A stretch of DNA of 64,000 nucleotides from an uncultured Nitrososphaerota archaeon (GCA_963703285.1 OY969807.1:224001-288000), one strand, 5' to 3'; positions 38,040 through 47,276 are shown, counted from the first letter of the stretch. Notes: generated from the sequence alone by a model not told the origin. Made by a program: numbers and translations.

Positions 38040-38651
38040 TTGGTGAGCCAGAAGCTCGAGTACCCGAACCTCCTGCTGTGGGGGAAGTGGGACTTCACCC
38101 AGGTCAAGGTGGAGGACATCGGCCTCACGAGCGTCATCGACCTCAGGCCGACCATGATCCCGCACTCCGGAGGCAGGCACGAGCACCAGAAGTTCTCAAA
38201 GTCCAAGGTGAACGTCGTCGAGAGGCTCGTCAACCAGATGATGCACTTCGGCAAGAAGAACGCAAAGAACACCGGACGAATGGGCGGCAAGAAGCAGAAG
38301 GCGCTCAACATCGTCAAGACGTCGTTCGAGATAATCCACCTCAAGACCGGCCAGAACCCGATTCAGGTTCTCGTCAATGCCCTGCAGAAGTCGGCCCCGA
38401 ACGAGGACACCACGAGGATGAGCTACGGAGGGGTCGTCTACCACATCTCTGTCGACATATCGCCCACGCGGAGGATGGACATCGCCCTCAGGTTCATCTC
38501 GGAGGGCGTCAGGGAGGCGGCGTTCGGGAACCTGAAGTCGGTCGAAGAGGTGCTGGCCGACGAGCTGATCCTCGCTTCTACGGGCGACTCGAACAGCCAC
38601 GCCGTGAAGAAGAAGAACGAGCAAGAACGGATTGCGATGGCCTCTAGGTAG
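38040..38651 (+). CDS. rps7: 30S ribosomal protein S7
   Basis: PHSGGRH, VERLVN, NPIQVLV.A, ERIAMASR. Confidence 0.97.
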   Translation: MVSQKLEYPNLLLWGKWDFTQVKVEDIGLTSVIDLRPTMIPHSGGRHEHQKFSKSKVNVVERLVNQMMHFGKKNAKNTGRMGGKKQKALNIVKTSFEIIHLKTGQNPIQVLVNALQKSAPNEDTTRMSYGGVVYHISVDISPTRRMDIALRFISEGVREAAFGNLKSVEEVLADELILASTGDSNSHAVKKKNEQERIAMASR

Positions 38652-39366
38652 TGGCCTGACCCTTCGTCGCGTCGTCGCTCTTCATAGCAAGTCCCTTCAG
38701 CTCCGGCTCCAGCTCTGGCGGCGCGGCTATCTTCTCCGACGGTGAGGAGAGGAAGTCTCGGATGAGCTTCAGTATCACGTCCTTCCTGTACCTCTCGAGC
38801 TTGTGGGCCGCGGTGAAGTCATACTGCGGGTCCTTGGCGACGGCGCCAAGCACCTCCAGCCTCGAGGTTCCGATCGAGTCCCTGAGGAGGTAACCCCCCT
38901 TGATCTGCGCGACGAGGTCGTCTTCGGCCCATATGATCAGCGTGGGTCTCTTCATGGCTCCGAGCCGTCCGAGCTGTGGCTTGTCGTAGGTGCTCGAGAT
39001 CAGGACCAGGGCCTCCACGGCCGCCGGCCAGTTGATCGCGAGCTCGAGGGCGACCTGACCTCCCCAGGAGGTCCCCACGAGTACGGCCTTCTGTATGCCC
39101 AGCCTCTCCATCATCTCGTGAAGCACGCTGGCCTGGACCCTGTAGTCGGGCGTCTCGGCCGGAATCGTCGACCTCCCGAACCCCACGAGATCGGGCATCA
39201 CCAAGGAGTACTCCTTGGAGAGCTCGAGCAGTGGCTCCCACACCCTCCAGTCCTCCCTCTTGTCCGACCCGTGGATCATTACCATCGCTGGGCCGGTCCC
39301 CTCCGTGGCGTAGTTGACCACGAACTCTCCTAGCTCGACCGTCTTGACGGTCGCGGAAGCGCTCAT
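38644..39366 (-). CDS. Alpha/beta hydrolase
   Basis: IHG, PDLVGFGRS, GTSWGG nucleophile elbow. Confidence 0.88.
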   Translation of the reverse strand: MSASATVKTVELGEFVVNYATEGTGPAMVMIHGSDKREDWRVWEPLLELSKEYSLVMPDLVGFGRSTIPAETPDYRVQASVLHEMMERLGIQKAVLVGTSWGGQVALELAINWPAAVEALVLISSTYDKPQLGRLGAMKRPTLIIWAEDDLVAQIKGGYLLRDSIGTSRLEVLGAVAKDPQYDFTAAHKLERYRKDVILKLIRDFLSSPSEKIAAPPELEPELKGLAMKSDDATKGQATT

Positions 39367-39478
39367 CGTTCTCTCCGCCCCGCGGCCCCGAGGTGGTTTT
39401 ATCTGCTTCGGCCATTGAAAACGGCCGAAAACCGCGTTTTCACAAGCGTTATTTAGGGGTCAGGAGGCTCCATGCCCA

Positions 39479-39646
39479 ATGGAAGCCGACCCCACTGCCG
39501 TCTTCGGAGGGCTGCTGAAGGCGTGCATCAAGGACGATTGGACCAAGGAGTCGATGCTGGCAGCGACAGCCATTTCCTTCGTTCTGGGGATCGGGGCGAG
39601 CATGGTCACCGCCTACGTCCTGACGGCGGCGCACGCGTTCATCTGA
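39479..39646 (+). CDS. Small single-TM protein (absent from ORF track)
   Basis: MEADPTAVFGGLLKACIKDDWTKESMLAATAISFVLGIGASMVTAYVLTAAHAFI; TTATTTA about 25-30 nt upstream and GGAGG. Confidence 0.5.
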   Translation: MEADPTAVFGGLLKACIKDDWTKESMLAATAISFVLGIGASMVTAYVLTAAHAFI

Positions 39647-39740
39647 CCGGCGTCTATAAAATTCGACTTGTCTGTAAAGAGTTTCCACTCTTATCGCATT
39701 TACGAGTTCTGAATCCTATCATGCTTCGGTAATCCACAAA

Positions 39741-39947
39741 ATGGGTCGAAAAGCAGTTCTGTTCGGGTTCTGGCTACTCGGGTACTTCCTAGGCTTCTTC
39801 GCCTGGCTCGTGCGAGCGCCGGTCATCAACATGGTTCAGAACCTCGGTGTGAGCGCGGACGTCGCGGGCGCCCTGATCACCGGGTTGGCTGGGTCCATAG
39901 TGATGCTGGTAGGGGTAATCCTCTGGAGCTACCTCTCGAACGCGTAG
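39741..39947 (+). CDS. Small two-TM membrane protein (paralog of 12565..12765)
   Basis: Shared MGRK..L.GF.L.G..LGF.AWL.R.PV.N.....GV..DVAGA...G.AG. Confidence 0.75.
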   Translation: MGRKAVLFGFWLLGYFLGFFAWLVRAPVINMVQNLGVSADVAGALITGLAGSIVMLVGVILWSYLSNA

Positions 39948-39965
39948 AGCCTAAAACCCTCGCGG

Positions 39966-40715
39966 CTAGGCAGGAAGATTCGAGCTATCGCCAACTTTTG
40001 TTTCAGACGGTAGCTCCGCCCGCTTTTCATTCTTCAACATGTTGAGCTTCTTGTTCAGGATGATCGTCAGGGCGATGAGCGCTACGAACGGCACCCAGGT
40101 TATCAACAGGTAGGCCGCACCGAGCTCTATCTCCACAGATTCGAATGTCGCGGCCACTGCGAGCATCACCACCACTATGGCGAGGTTTATCACAAACTGC
40201 CATCCCTCGATGGTCCAGTTCACGGGATTCCCGCCGCTGGAGAAGGCCCACCTCCAGATCGCGTAGAGCAGGTAGAGTCCCTCGCCGGTCGCGACGGCGT
40301 AGGCCGGGAGTTCGATGTAGCTGTGGGGGAACAGCAGCAGGAGGAGGAAGACGACCAGGAAAGGGGGGTCGTGGTACGATATGGCGTAGACCTCGAGGAT
40401 CCTTGCCGTCGAGTAGAGGGAGAACGCGAAGAGGGCGGCGCCTAGACCGGGTACCATCTCGAAGAGGGCTATCCTGAAGTTGTTGGAGAAGATTCCCCAG
40501 AACAAGACCAGCAGGCCCGCTCCCGCGAACTCGTTGGTAATCTGGTTCCCCTGGCTAGTGTAGAGCGCCTGTTCGCCTGGGAAGAAGGGAAGGCTCGAGA
40601 CGACGAAGAAGATGACGACCTCGGCTCCGAAGAGGATGACGTAGAGCATCAGGCCCCTCGTAGCATACGCGGCGAGCCCCTTTCTCAGCCCTACGCTAGG
40701 CCGCTCGTTATCCAT
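39966..40715 (-). CDS. SpoIIM/DUF95 family membrane protein
   Basis: IFSNN..IAL...PGLG, PHSYIELPAY, LAVAATFE. Confidence 0.8.
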   Translation of the reverse strand: MDNERPSVGLRKGLAAYATRGLMLYVILFGAEVVIFFVVSSLPFFPGEQALYTSQGNQITNEFAGAGLLVLFWGIFSNNFRIALFEMVPGLGAALFAFSLYSTARILEVYAISYHDPPFLVVFLLLLLFPHSYIELPAYAVATGEGLYLLYAIWRWAFSSGGNPVNWTIEGWQFVINLAIVVVMLAVAATFESVEIELGAAYLLITWVPFVALIALTIILNKKLNMLKNEKRAELPSETKVGDSSNLPA

Positions 40716-40988
40716 CTTGTCCAATCGCGGGGTACCATTGCACCAAGAGAAAAAGCTCCCTACAATCCAACTGGCGAATCGCAATCGAGACTTCGTCAGC
40801 TGCCGTATAACAATTTAGCCATCGGCTCTTCTGAATGAATTGGACGGTAATAAGCAAGAAGGTTCCGCAAGTTATTTATGTAAAGTCTGACGGGCTATAC
40901 GAGTGGGCCGAGTTCGTGGAAGTCCCAAAGGGTACACGCGGCCATATTGAGGTACATGCCCCGGTATGGACAAGGGGAGGTGTCTAGG

Positions 40989-42146
40989 ATGAGCCTTGAG
41001 ACTCGGCCGAGTGAACACATACCCAAGGAGGACTTCGCCTCGATGGTACGAGAGATTGCGGTGGTCGGCCCTCGAGTCCCCGAAATTGCCCGTAGACTAG
41101 GCAGACACAAGGAGACGGTGAGGTACTGGTACAAGAAGCTGGAGGATCACAACTTCGCAATTCAAGGCATCACAAACAACCAGGCATTCGGGCTCAGGAG
41201 AATTCTGCTGCAGGTGACGATCGGAGAGGACTACGAGGACTACGTGAAGCCCCTCATGTTCGCCATGAATGAACTCTGTTACGTGACCAGCTATGCAAAA
41301 GCGCTCGCGGAGGATTACTACAGCGTAAACTGTGCCGTGCCGGAAGGGCTCCTGTCGGAGTACTTCTCGTTCGTCGAGGACTTAAAGGAGATGGGACTCT
41401 TCAAGAGTCTTGAGTTCTACGACCTAGGATGGAGCCGTAACATCCCCATGCGAGGAGAATTCTACGACTTCGCAACGGGTAAATGGGAGTTCGACCTGAA
41501 GTCTCTGACAGAACGAGAGTCGGCCTTCCAACCACCAGAACAGTACGATGAGGTCAAGTTCGACAAGATAGACCTTCTCATCGTGAAGGAGCTCTACATG
41601 GACGCTACCCGTGAGCTGCGGGAAATTCAGAGGTCTATAAGCCAGAACGATGGCGTCGATATCAACTACAAGACCCTCTGCTGGCACCTGAAGGAGCACG
41701 TTCTGGGCAGAAAGATGATAAAGGGTTTCAGGATCAACTGGATGGGAACGCGGTGGGACGCTGTGACGGACAGGCCCGAGCAGAAGTCGCACAGCTACAT
41801 CGGTGTTCATTTCATGGTCAAGAACCCGACTGAGGAGGAGAGGTTGGAGCTGATGAAGAAGTTCGACCGCCTGCCGGTCGTCTGGATGGAAGGGGCTGGG
41901 CTCGATTACTTCGCGGAACTTGCAGTCCCTACCGAGATGATGATTGACTTCATGGAGTTCCTTACGAAGACCATGGCGCCGGTTCGCGACAGGGCCACTT
42001 TCCACATAATGGACCAGCGCAACGCAGTGGGATTCTTCATCTCGTATAAGCTCTATGACGAGGAGACGATGTCATGGAGGTTCAACAGGGAGGAGTTGTT
42101 AGTGAAGTTCAAGGCGTTGGAAGCACAGGTCAGGCAGAGCTCCTAA
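40989..42146 (+). CDS. Tandem Lrp/AsnC-like wHTH transcriptional regulator
   Basis: HTH1 (EIARRLGRHKETVRYWYKK) and HTH2 (FDKIDLLIVKEL..DATR.LREI...TLCWHLKEH), each followed by a RAM-like alpha/beta segment. Confidence 0.75.
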   Translation: MSLETRPSEHIPKEDFASMVREIAVVGPRVPEIARRLGRHKETVRYWYKKLEDHNFAIQGITNNQAFGLRRILLQVTIGEDYEDYVKPLMFAMNELCYVTSYAKALAEDYYSVNCAVPEGLLSEYFSFVEDLKEMGLFKSLEFYDLGWSRNIPMRGEFYDFATGKWEFDLKSLTERESAFQPPEQYDEVKFDKIDLLIVKELYMDATRELREIQRSISQNDGVDINYKTLCWHLKEHVLGRKMIKGFRINWMGTRWDAVTDRPEQKSHSYIGVHFMVKNPTEEERLELMKKFDRLPVVWMEGAGLDYFAELAVPTEMMIDFMEFLTKTMAPVRDRATFHIMDQRNAVGFFISYKLYDEETMSWRFNREELLVKFKALEAQVRQSS

Positions 42147-42268
42147 AGATTTCAGAACTTTGCGAATTCGAGCGCCGTCCGCGTTGGCGTGCACGTTGCC
42201 CTAGAAACGCACCTAGGCTAACACTGGGCATGCGGAGCAGGGGCACGCGAAATTATTGCGTCCGAGGT

Positions 42269-42282
42269 TGGGAGGAAAAAAT
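42269..42282 (-). terminator. Oligo-T terminator of the peptide gene
   Basis: Minus strand reads TAG GGATTTTTTCCTCCCA right after the stop. Confidence 0.55.
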
Positions 42283-42284
42283 CC

Positions 42285-42410
42285 CTAGGTTCCGCCGAAT
42301 CCGCTGCCAGCAACCGCCGCTGGGTTGATGTGTACGCCGAATGCTGCCAGTACAACAGACGCTCCGCCTAGTGCCATCATTCCGTATCTGATCTTTTCGT
42401 CGGTAGTCAT
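42285..42410 (-). CDS. 41-aa hydrophobic, Gly-rich peptide
   Basis: MTTDEKIRYGMMALGGASVVLAAFGVHINPAAVAGSGFGGT; TTTATC about 26-31 nt upstream, T6 tract downstream. Confidence 0.65.
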   Translation of the reverse strand: MTTDEKIRYGMMALGGASVVLAAFGVHINPAAVAGSGFGGT

Positions 42411-42432
42411 GGGCACCCTACACCTGACAGTG

Positions 42433-42516
42433 GAAGATAAATCTTCAGTATACACATGAACCCGTCTATTAGGGCATCCATGAGACATCTAACTCTCTAT
42501 GCCCTAGGCATGAGAC
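42433..42516. promoter_or_regulatory. Operator-like repeats upstream of the peptide gene
   Basis: GAAGAT-AA-ATCTTC 42433-46 overlapping the TATA; TAGGGCAT(42470-77)/ATGCCCTA(42499-506) inverted; CATGAGAC direct at 42479 and 42509. Confidence 0.5.
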
Positions 42517-42669
42517 GAGAAACGTTGTCCCGTAACAGTGTCCTAGTCAGATGTTCTATAATCAACGAAGATAAGTTTTGTGTTTCATCGAAAAAGAGGT
42601 GAAGTACATGGGAACTTCGTGTTTGCCACCCTTTTTTATGATGGAGTTGGAGCTTCCCTGGAGTCAGAA

Positions 42670-43428
42670 ATGGAAGCAGAGTACGACGCTCTGGCCGAAG
42701 AGTATGATGCGACCAGGGAGTCGGCCACCCAGAAGGAGATCGATTCTCTTGCAAGGTCGTTTGAGGGGTGCAGGACGATTCTCGACGTTGGAGTCGGGAC
42801 CGGCCGATTTGCAAAGCCCCTCTCTGATTTGGGGTTCGATGTCACCGGTGTCGATGTCTCTCGCAGGATGCTCTCGAAGGCGCACGAGAAAGGAGTCGAG
42901 CGGCTCGTTCTCGGAGACGCGTACAAGCTGCCCTTCACTGGCAAGTCCTTCGACGGCTCTGTCATTATCCACGTGCTCCACGTCGTCGCCGACTGGATGA
43001 CGGTCATGCGGGAAATGGGACGGGTCACCAAGGGCCCGGTCGTCTCGCTCCTGAGGGTGCCGCAGGGGCAGGGGCGCTCCCCGCTCCCGCAACAGTCGAT
43101 TGGCATCGCCGGCCCGCCGCCCGCGTCCAAGGGGTACCCCGTCAGGACTCAGCACAGGATGTGGCAGAACGAGCTCGAGCTGAAATCGAGGGTCCCCCCG
43201 GCCAAGCTCGAGAGGATCAGGGACGAGACGATATCGATACCCGTCGCCGATGCCATGAGGAGTCTCCAGGCCAAGCGGTCCATGGGCGCGCAGATAATGC
43301 CTCCCGAGGTGCGACAGGAGATGCTGGAGAGGATAGTCGCGATGACCGGCACCCGGACCGTCCAGAGGAGGATAGTGGAGGACCTCGCTGTCTGGCGCGC
43401 CGACGACCTGACGGACCTGGCCGAGTGA
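42670..43428 (+). CDS. Class I SAM-dependent methyltransferase
   Basis: ILDVGVGTGRF, GVDVS..ML, GDA..LPF....FD. Confidence 0.9.
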   Translation: MEAEYDALAEEYDATRESATQKEIDSLARSFEGCRTILDVGVGTGRFAKPLSDLGFDVTGVDVSRRMLSKAHEKGVERLVLGDAYKLPFTGKSFDGSVIIHVLHVVADWMTVMREMGRVTKGPVVSLLRVPQGQGRSPLPQQSIGIAGPPPASKGYPVRTQHRMWQNELELKSRVPPAKLERIRDETISIPVADAMRSLQAKRSMGAQIMPPEVRQEMLERIVAMTGTRTVQRRIVEDLAVWRADDLTDLAE

Positions 43429-43467
43429 GCAAGAGTCGATTCGGACGCGCTTCGGGGGTGTGTGTCC

Positions 43468-44253
43468 TCAATCCGCCCAGTTCGGGAAGGCGCGACGGTT
43501 CGAGGTCAGCACGCTCCGCACCTGCCCCCGTCTCAGCTCGATGAAGCTCGCCGACGCGGACCGCTCCTCTTCGGTGATTCCCCACTCGCCCGGGATTGCG
43601 GCGACAATCTCTTCGATGACCGAGTCAGGCACCGCTTCGATCCGCCTAAGCGTCGACTCGAACGAGGAGGGGCCTCTCACCAATACCGCTATCTCGGGGA
43701 GGACCGGCATGGGGACCCTCAAGAACGAGCCCTGCTCCAGCGAGTCGACCGTCCAGTTCGGACCCGTGAAGCTGTGGGTGAAATCCACCATGAAGTACCT
43801 GAACCCTCCCGGTACCGCCTGAAGCAGGTGATTCTCGGCCCTGTCCCTGTCTTGCGTCAGTATCCAGTTGTCGAGGCAGACGGTCCCGGGAAGCACCTCT
43901 GAGTTAACGAGCTCTTGGTCCAGACTGGTCTGGCGGTTCAGTATCTGAGAGAGGTCCGACGCGTTGGCGACAACCTCCGAACCCTGGTGGAGCCCGGGCT
44001 CAATCGCCCTGTTCTGCAGGTCGTTCGAGTGAGCTATCATCTCCGAGCTCACCTCCACCAGCGCGCTCGGGGGTGTCGGGAGGCCGGCGGTGTGCGCCAG
44101 CCAGTGGCCAAGGTGCTCGTTGACAGCCGCCCTCGATCCTTTGGAGAACTTCACTAGGTACGTCAGGCCGTCGTCGCACTCCATGAAGTGAGGACCTGTC
44201 GCGCCTCTGTTGATCCCGACGTCGCGCACAGCCCTCACAGCCTTGACCTGCAC
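43468..44253 (-). CDS. HipA-like (HipA_2/PI3K-like) kinase
   Basis: G.T.P...ECDDG..YLVKF, NE.LG..LA...GLPTP, DNWI...DR...N.L, VDF.HSF. Confidence 0.8.
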   Translation of the reverse strand: MQVKAVRAVRDVGINRGATGPHFMECDDGLTYLVKFSKGSRAAVNEHLGHWLAHTAGLPTPPSALVEVSSEMIAHSNDLQNRAIEPGLHQGSEVVANASDLSQILNRQTSLDQELVNSEVLPGTVCLDNWILTQDRDRAENHLLQAVPGGFRYFMVDFTHSFTGPNWTVDSLEQGSFLRVPMPVLPEIAVLVRGPSSFESTLRRIEAVPDSVIEEIVAAIPGEWGITEEERSASASFIELRRGQVRSVLTSNRRAFPNWAD

Positions 44254-44389
44254 TCTAAGCTGGCCCCACCTCCGGCACTTTGCAGGGGCTCTTAATCCTG
44301 ACTGGCTGGAGTTCATCTCGATTCAACCCGAAGCCTTTAAGAAACTCGACGAGACTGCGAGACGAATGGCCGGGGCTGATGGGGAAGGA

Positions 44390-45073
44390 ATGAGCGCCGA
44401 GCCCCATAAGGAATCCAGACCCTCCCGGGAGCTCTTCTGGGTGGTCAGCGGTCTGGTCATGCTCTACCTCATCCTCGACGTGATAGCCCAGTCGCTTCCG
44501 CCCCACTACAACCCCATCAACACGGCGGAGAGCGACCTCGCGGTCGGTCCCTACGGCTACGTAATGGCCCTGAACTTCCTCAACCGGGGCGTCCTCTCCC
44601 TCCTGTTCCTGTACGCGTTCTCCCAGGCGCTGAGACTGCGCGGCGCTGACGTGCAGAGGTACCGCACTGGAATCCTTCTTCTCTCGGTCTGGGGCGTGGG
44701 AGCCTTGCTACTTGCGGCTTTCCCAACCGACGTCCCAGCGACGCCCGTCTCGTGGCACGGTCTGATCCATCTGGTCGTCGCGTTCTTCGCCTTCGTCGGG
44801 GGTGCCCTGGGCGTCCTCAGCCTCTCGTTGCAGTTCGAACGGGATCCTGCCCTTCGTGGCGCTAGGAAGTTCGCCCTCCCGATCGCAGTCGTGGCCGTCC
44901 TCTTCTTTGTCCTGCTCTTCGGTCTGCCCTTCTCAGCGCCTCACTTCGCGTCGCGCGTCGGTGGGGTGACAGAAAGGGTCCTGATAGGATCTGTTCTCCT
45001 CTGGATCCTTTACGTCTCGGTCTTCCTTTCTCGGGGACAGCGGCCCGCTCGGGCGGCGTCTCCTGTTGGCTAG
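44390..45073 (+). CDS. DUF998 family membrane protein
   Basis: YNPI....SDLA.GPYG..M..NF, FPTD, HG.IH, G..ER. Confidence 0.8.
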   Translation: MSAEPHKESRPSRELFWVVSGLVMLYLILDVIAQSLPPHYNPINTAESDLAVGPYGYVMALNFLNRGVLSLLFLYAFSQALRLRGADVQRYRTGILLLSVWGVGALLLAAFPTDVPATPVSWHGLIHLVVAFFAFVGGALGVLSLSLQFERDPALRGARKFALPIAVVAVLFFVLLFGLPFSAPHFASRVGGVTERVLIGSVLLWILYVSVFLSRGQRPARAASPVG

Positions 45074-45167
45074 AGGCCGGTAGAGTTCCTCTGGGCAGAC
45101 GACCCTTTCCGGGAGCCTTCGGTGTACGGCGAAACCGTAAATAATCTGGAGGCCTGGCGCGTGCCAG

Positions 45168-45293
45168 ATGGCGACGAGCGATCCCCTTCTTCTACTCGTA
45201 CTCCTGCTCAACTTCCTGCTCGTCATTGGCGTAGTGTACGTGCTCTTTCGAATCTACCGCAGCAGGAACAGGAAGGTCAAGAAGCTGCGCTGA
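45168..45293 (+). CDS. 41-aa single-TM microprotein (absent from ORF track)
   Basis: MATSDPLLLLVLLLNFLLVIGVVYVLFRIYRSRNRKVKKLR; TAAATA about 25-30 nt upstream. Confidence 0.6.
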   Translation: MATSDPLLLLVLLLNFLLVIGVVYVLFRIYRSRNRKVKKLR

Positions 45294-45384
45294 ATGCCGT
45301 CGGCTCCCCCACCGAGACTTAGAGTCATCAAACAAAATTAGATTTATCTAACTTAAATACACCCCAAAAGTCCCAAGAAGGCGA

Positions 45385-46377
45385 GTGGCTTTGCCAAGCA
45401 TCATCTCGGCCGAGGACCTGGTCATCGTCTACGCCGACGGCACAAGGGCCGTCGACGGCGTCTCCTTCGATGTCGAGGAGGGCGGCTTCTTCGGTTTCCT
45501 GGGTCCGAACGGTGCCGGAAAGAGCACCACCATCAAAGTTCTCACCACTCTACTCAGGAAGACCTCCGGGAAGGTGAACGTCGCCCGCCACGACCTCGAC
45601 ACGTCCCCGGCGGAGATCCGCAAGGCAATAGGGGTGGTGAGCCAGGAGACGATCGTCGACGTCGACCTCACGGGGAGGGAGAACCTCCGCCTTCAGGGCC
45701 GCCTCCAGCAGATGCACGGGCGCGCTCTGGAGGACCGCGTCGACGAGCTGCTCAAGATGGTTCAGCTCGACACGGTCGCGGAGAAGGAGGCGGGCAGATA
45801 CTCGGGCGGCATGAAGAAGAGGCTGGATCTGGCTTCCGCTCTGGTGCACAGGCCCCGACTGTTGTTCCTGGACGAGCCGACGACGGGGCTCGACCCGCAG
45901 TCGCGGACGGCCATCTGGGAACACCTCGAGAAGCTCAACAAGGTGGACGGCGTAACCATCTTTCTGACCACGCAGTATCTGGATGAGGCCGACAGGCTCT
46001 GCCGCGAGCTCTCCATAATCGACCACGGGAGGATAATCGCGAGGGGCACCCCCTCCGAGCTCAAGGCGGCCATGGGCGGCGACACCATCTCTCTCACGCT
46101 CGAAGATGCCACCCTGAGGTCCAGAGCAGCCGAGATACTCAAGACGATTCCGGGCATAACGAACATCATGGGTTCTGAGGAGGGCGTCGTCGCCTACGCG
46201 AAGAACGGAGGCCAGGTGATCGCCGAGATAATCACGACCCTCGGCCGAAACGGCATCAGGTCCTCGCTCCTGAGCATCTCCTCTCCAACGCTGGACGACG
46301 TCTTCCTGCGCCAGACCGGCAGGCGCATCAGGTCCGAGGAGCTGTCGCAGAAGGAGACGGAGCCGTTCCTCACGTGA
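45385..46377 (+). CDS. ABC exporter ATP-binding subunit (DrrA-like)
   Basis: GPNGAGKST, YSGGM, LFLDEPTTGLDP, PTLDDVFL..TG. Confidence 0.93.
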   Translation: MALPSIISAEDLVIVYADGTRAVDGVSFDVEEGGFFGFLGPNGAGKSTTIKVLTTLLRKTSGKVNVARHDLDTSPAEIRKAIGVVSQETIVDVDLTGRENLRLQGRLQQMHGRALEDRVDELLKMVQLDTVAEKEAGRYSGGMKKRLDLASALVHRPRLLFLDEPTTGLDPQSRTAIWEHLEKLNKVDGVTIFLTTQYLDEADRLCRELSIIDHGRIIARGTPSELKAAMGGDTISLTLEDATLRSRAAEILKTIPGITNIMGSEEGVVAYAKNGGQVIAEIITTLGRNGIRSSLLSISSPTLDDVFLRQTGRRIRSEELSQKETEPFLT

Positions 46378-46387
46378 GCTAATCCGA

Positions 46388-47155
46388 TTGACCATAATCT
46401 ACGACACGCAGTCCCTCCTCGTGAGGTACCTCACGAAGCTGGTCCGTAACCCCACTCTGCTCGCCACGAACCTGCTGACGCCACTCCTCTTCCTCCTGCT
46501 CTTCTCCCAGCTTCTTACCAAATTCGGCCAATTCATCCCCGGCTCGCCCGGCGGATACCTCGCGTATCTGACGCCCGGGGTCGTGATGCTGAACGCGATG
46601 ATCAGCGCACCCCTCGGGGGTGTCTCAATCGCGAATGACCTGAACTCGGGTTTCCTCTCGAAGATGCTCTTGACCCAGGTCAGGAGACCGGCCATCCTGC
46701 TCGGACGGCTGCTGACGGACGTACTCGTAGTCGTCGGGCAGTCTCTCATCACGCTCGCCGTCGCGGTCGCCATGGGGGTCAGGATCAGTTACGGGGTGCC
46801 GGGCGTCCTCCTGATCATCCTGACCGCTGCCTTCTTTGAGGTTGCCCTCTCCGGAATCTTCCTCACGATTGGGATAAGAACGAGGAAGACGGAGACCATC
46901 TCCGCGATCTCTGGAGTCCTCTTCTTTCCGTTGATCTTCATCAGCAGTGCCATGTTCCCGGTCTCGTTCTTCCCTGACTGGGCGATGACGGTCTCGAAGT
47001 ACAACCCCGTGAGCTACGCGTCTGACGTCACCCGCGAACTGGTGATCGGCGGGCTGTCCCCGGGTACGCTTCTCTCCGCCTTCGCTCTCATAGGGGCCAT
47101 AGCGGCGGTGACCTTTGCCGCGACGCTTTACCAGTTCAGGAAGGTGGTCAGCTAG
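46388..47155 (+). CDS. ABC-2 type permease (DrrB-like)
   Basis: YL.YL.PG, D..SGFL.K, FP....PDW......NPVSYA. Confidence 0.92.
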   Translation: MTIIYDTQSLLVRYLTKLVRNPTLLATNLLTPLLFLLLFSQLLTKFGQFIPGSPGGYLAYLTPGVVMLNAMISAPLGGVSIANDLNSGFLSKMLLTQVRRPAILLGRLLTDVLVVVGQSLITLAVAVAMGVRISYGVPGVLLIILTAAFFEVALSGIFLTIGIRTRKTETISAISGVLFFPLIFISSAMFPVSFFPDWAMTVSKYNPVSYASDVTRELVIGGLSPGTLLSAFALIGAIAAVTFAATLYQFRKVVS

Positions 47156-47276
47156 GCGGGATTCGGCGAGCCTCCCCATGATGGCGGCGGGAGCTGCACC
47201 GTGGCGTTATCAAAGATGAGAATCATAATCGGACGTTAAATAGAGTGGGGGTGCGCGCGTACCAACGTGGAGAGAG

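Noticed and set aside
39966-40715. SpoIIM as evidence of sporulation
   Set aside because: A widespread membrane family in archaea; no other sporulation genes.
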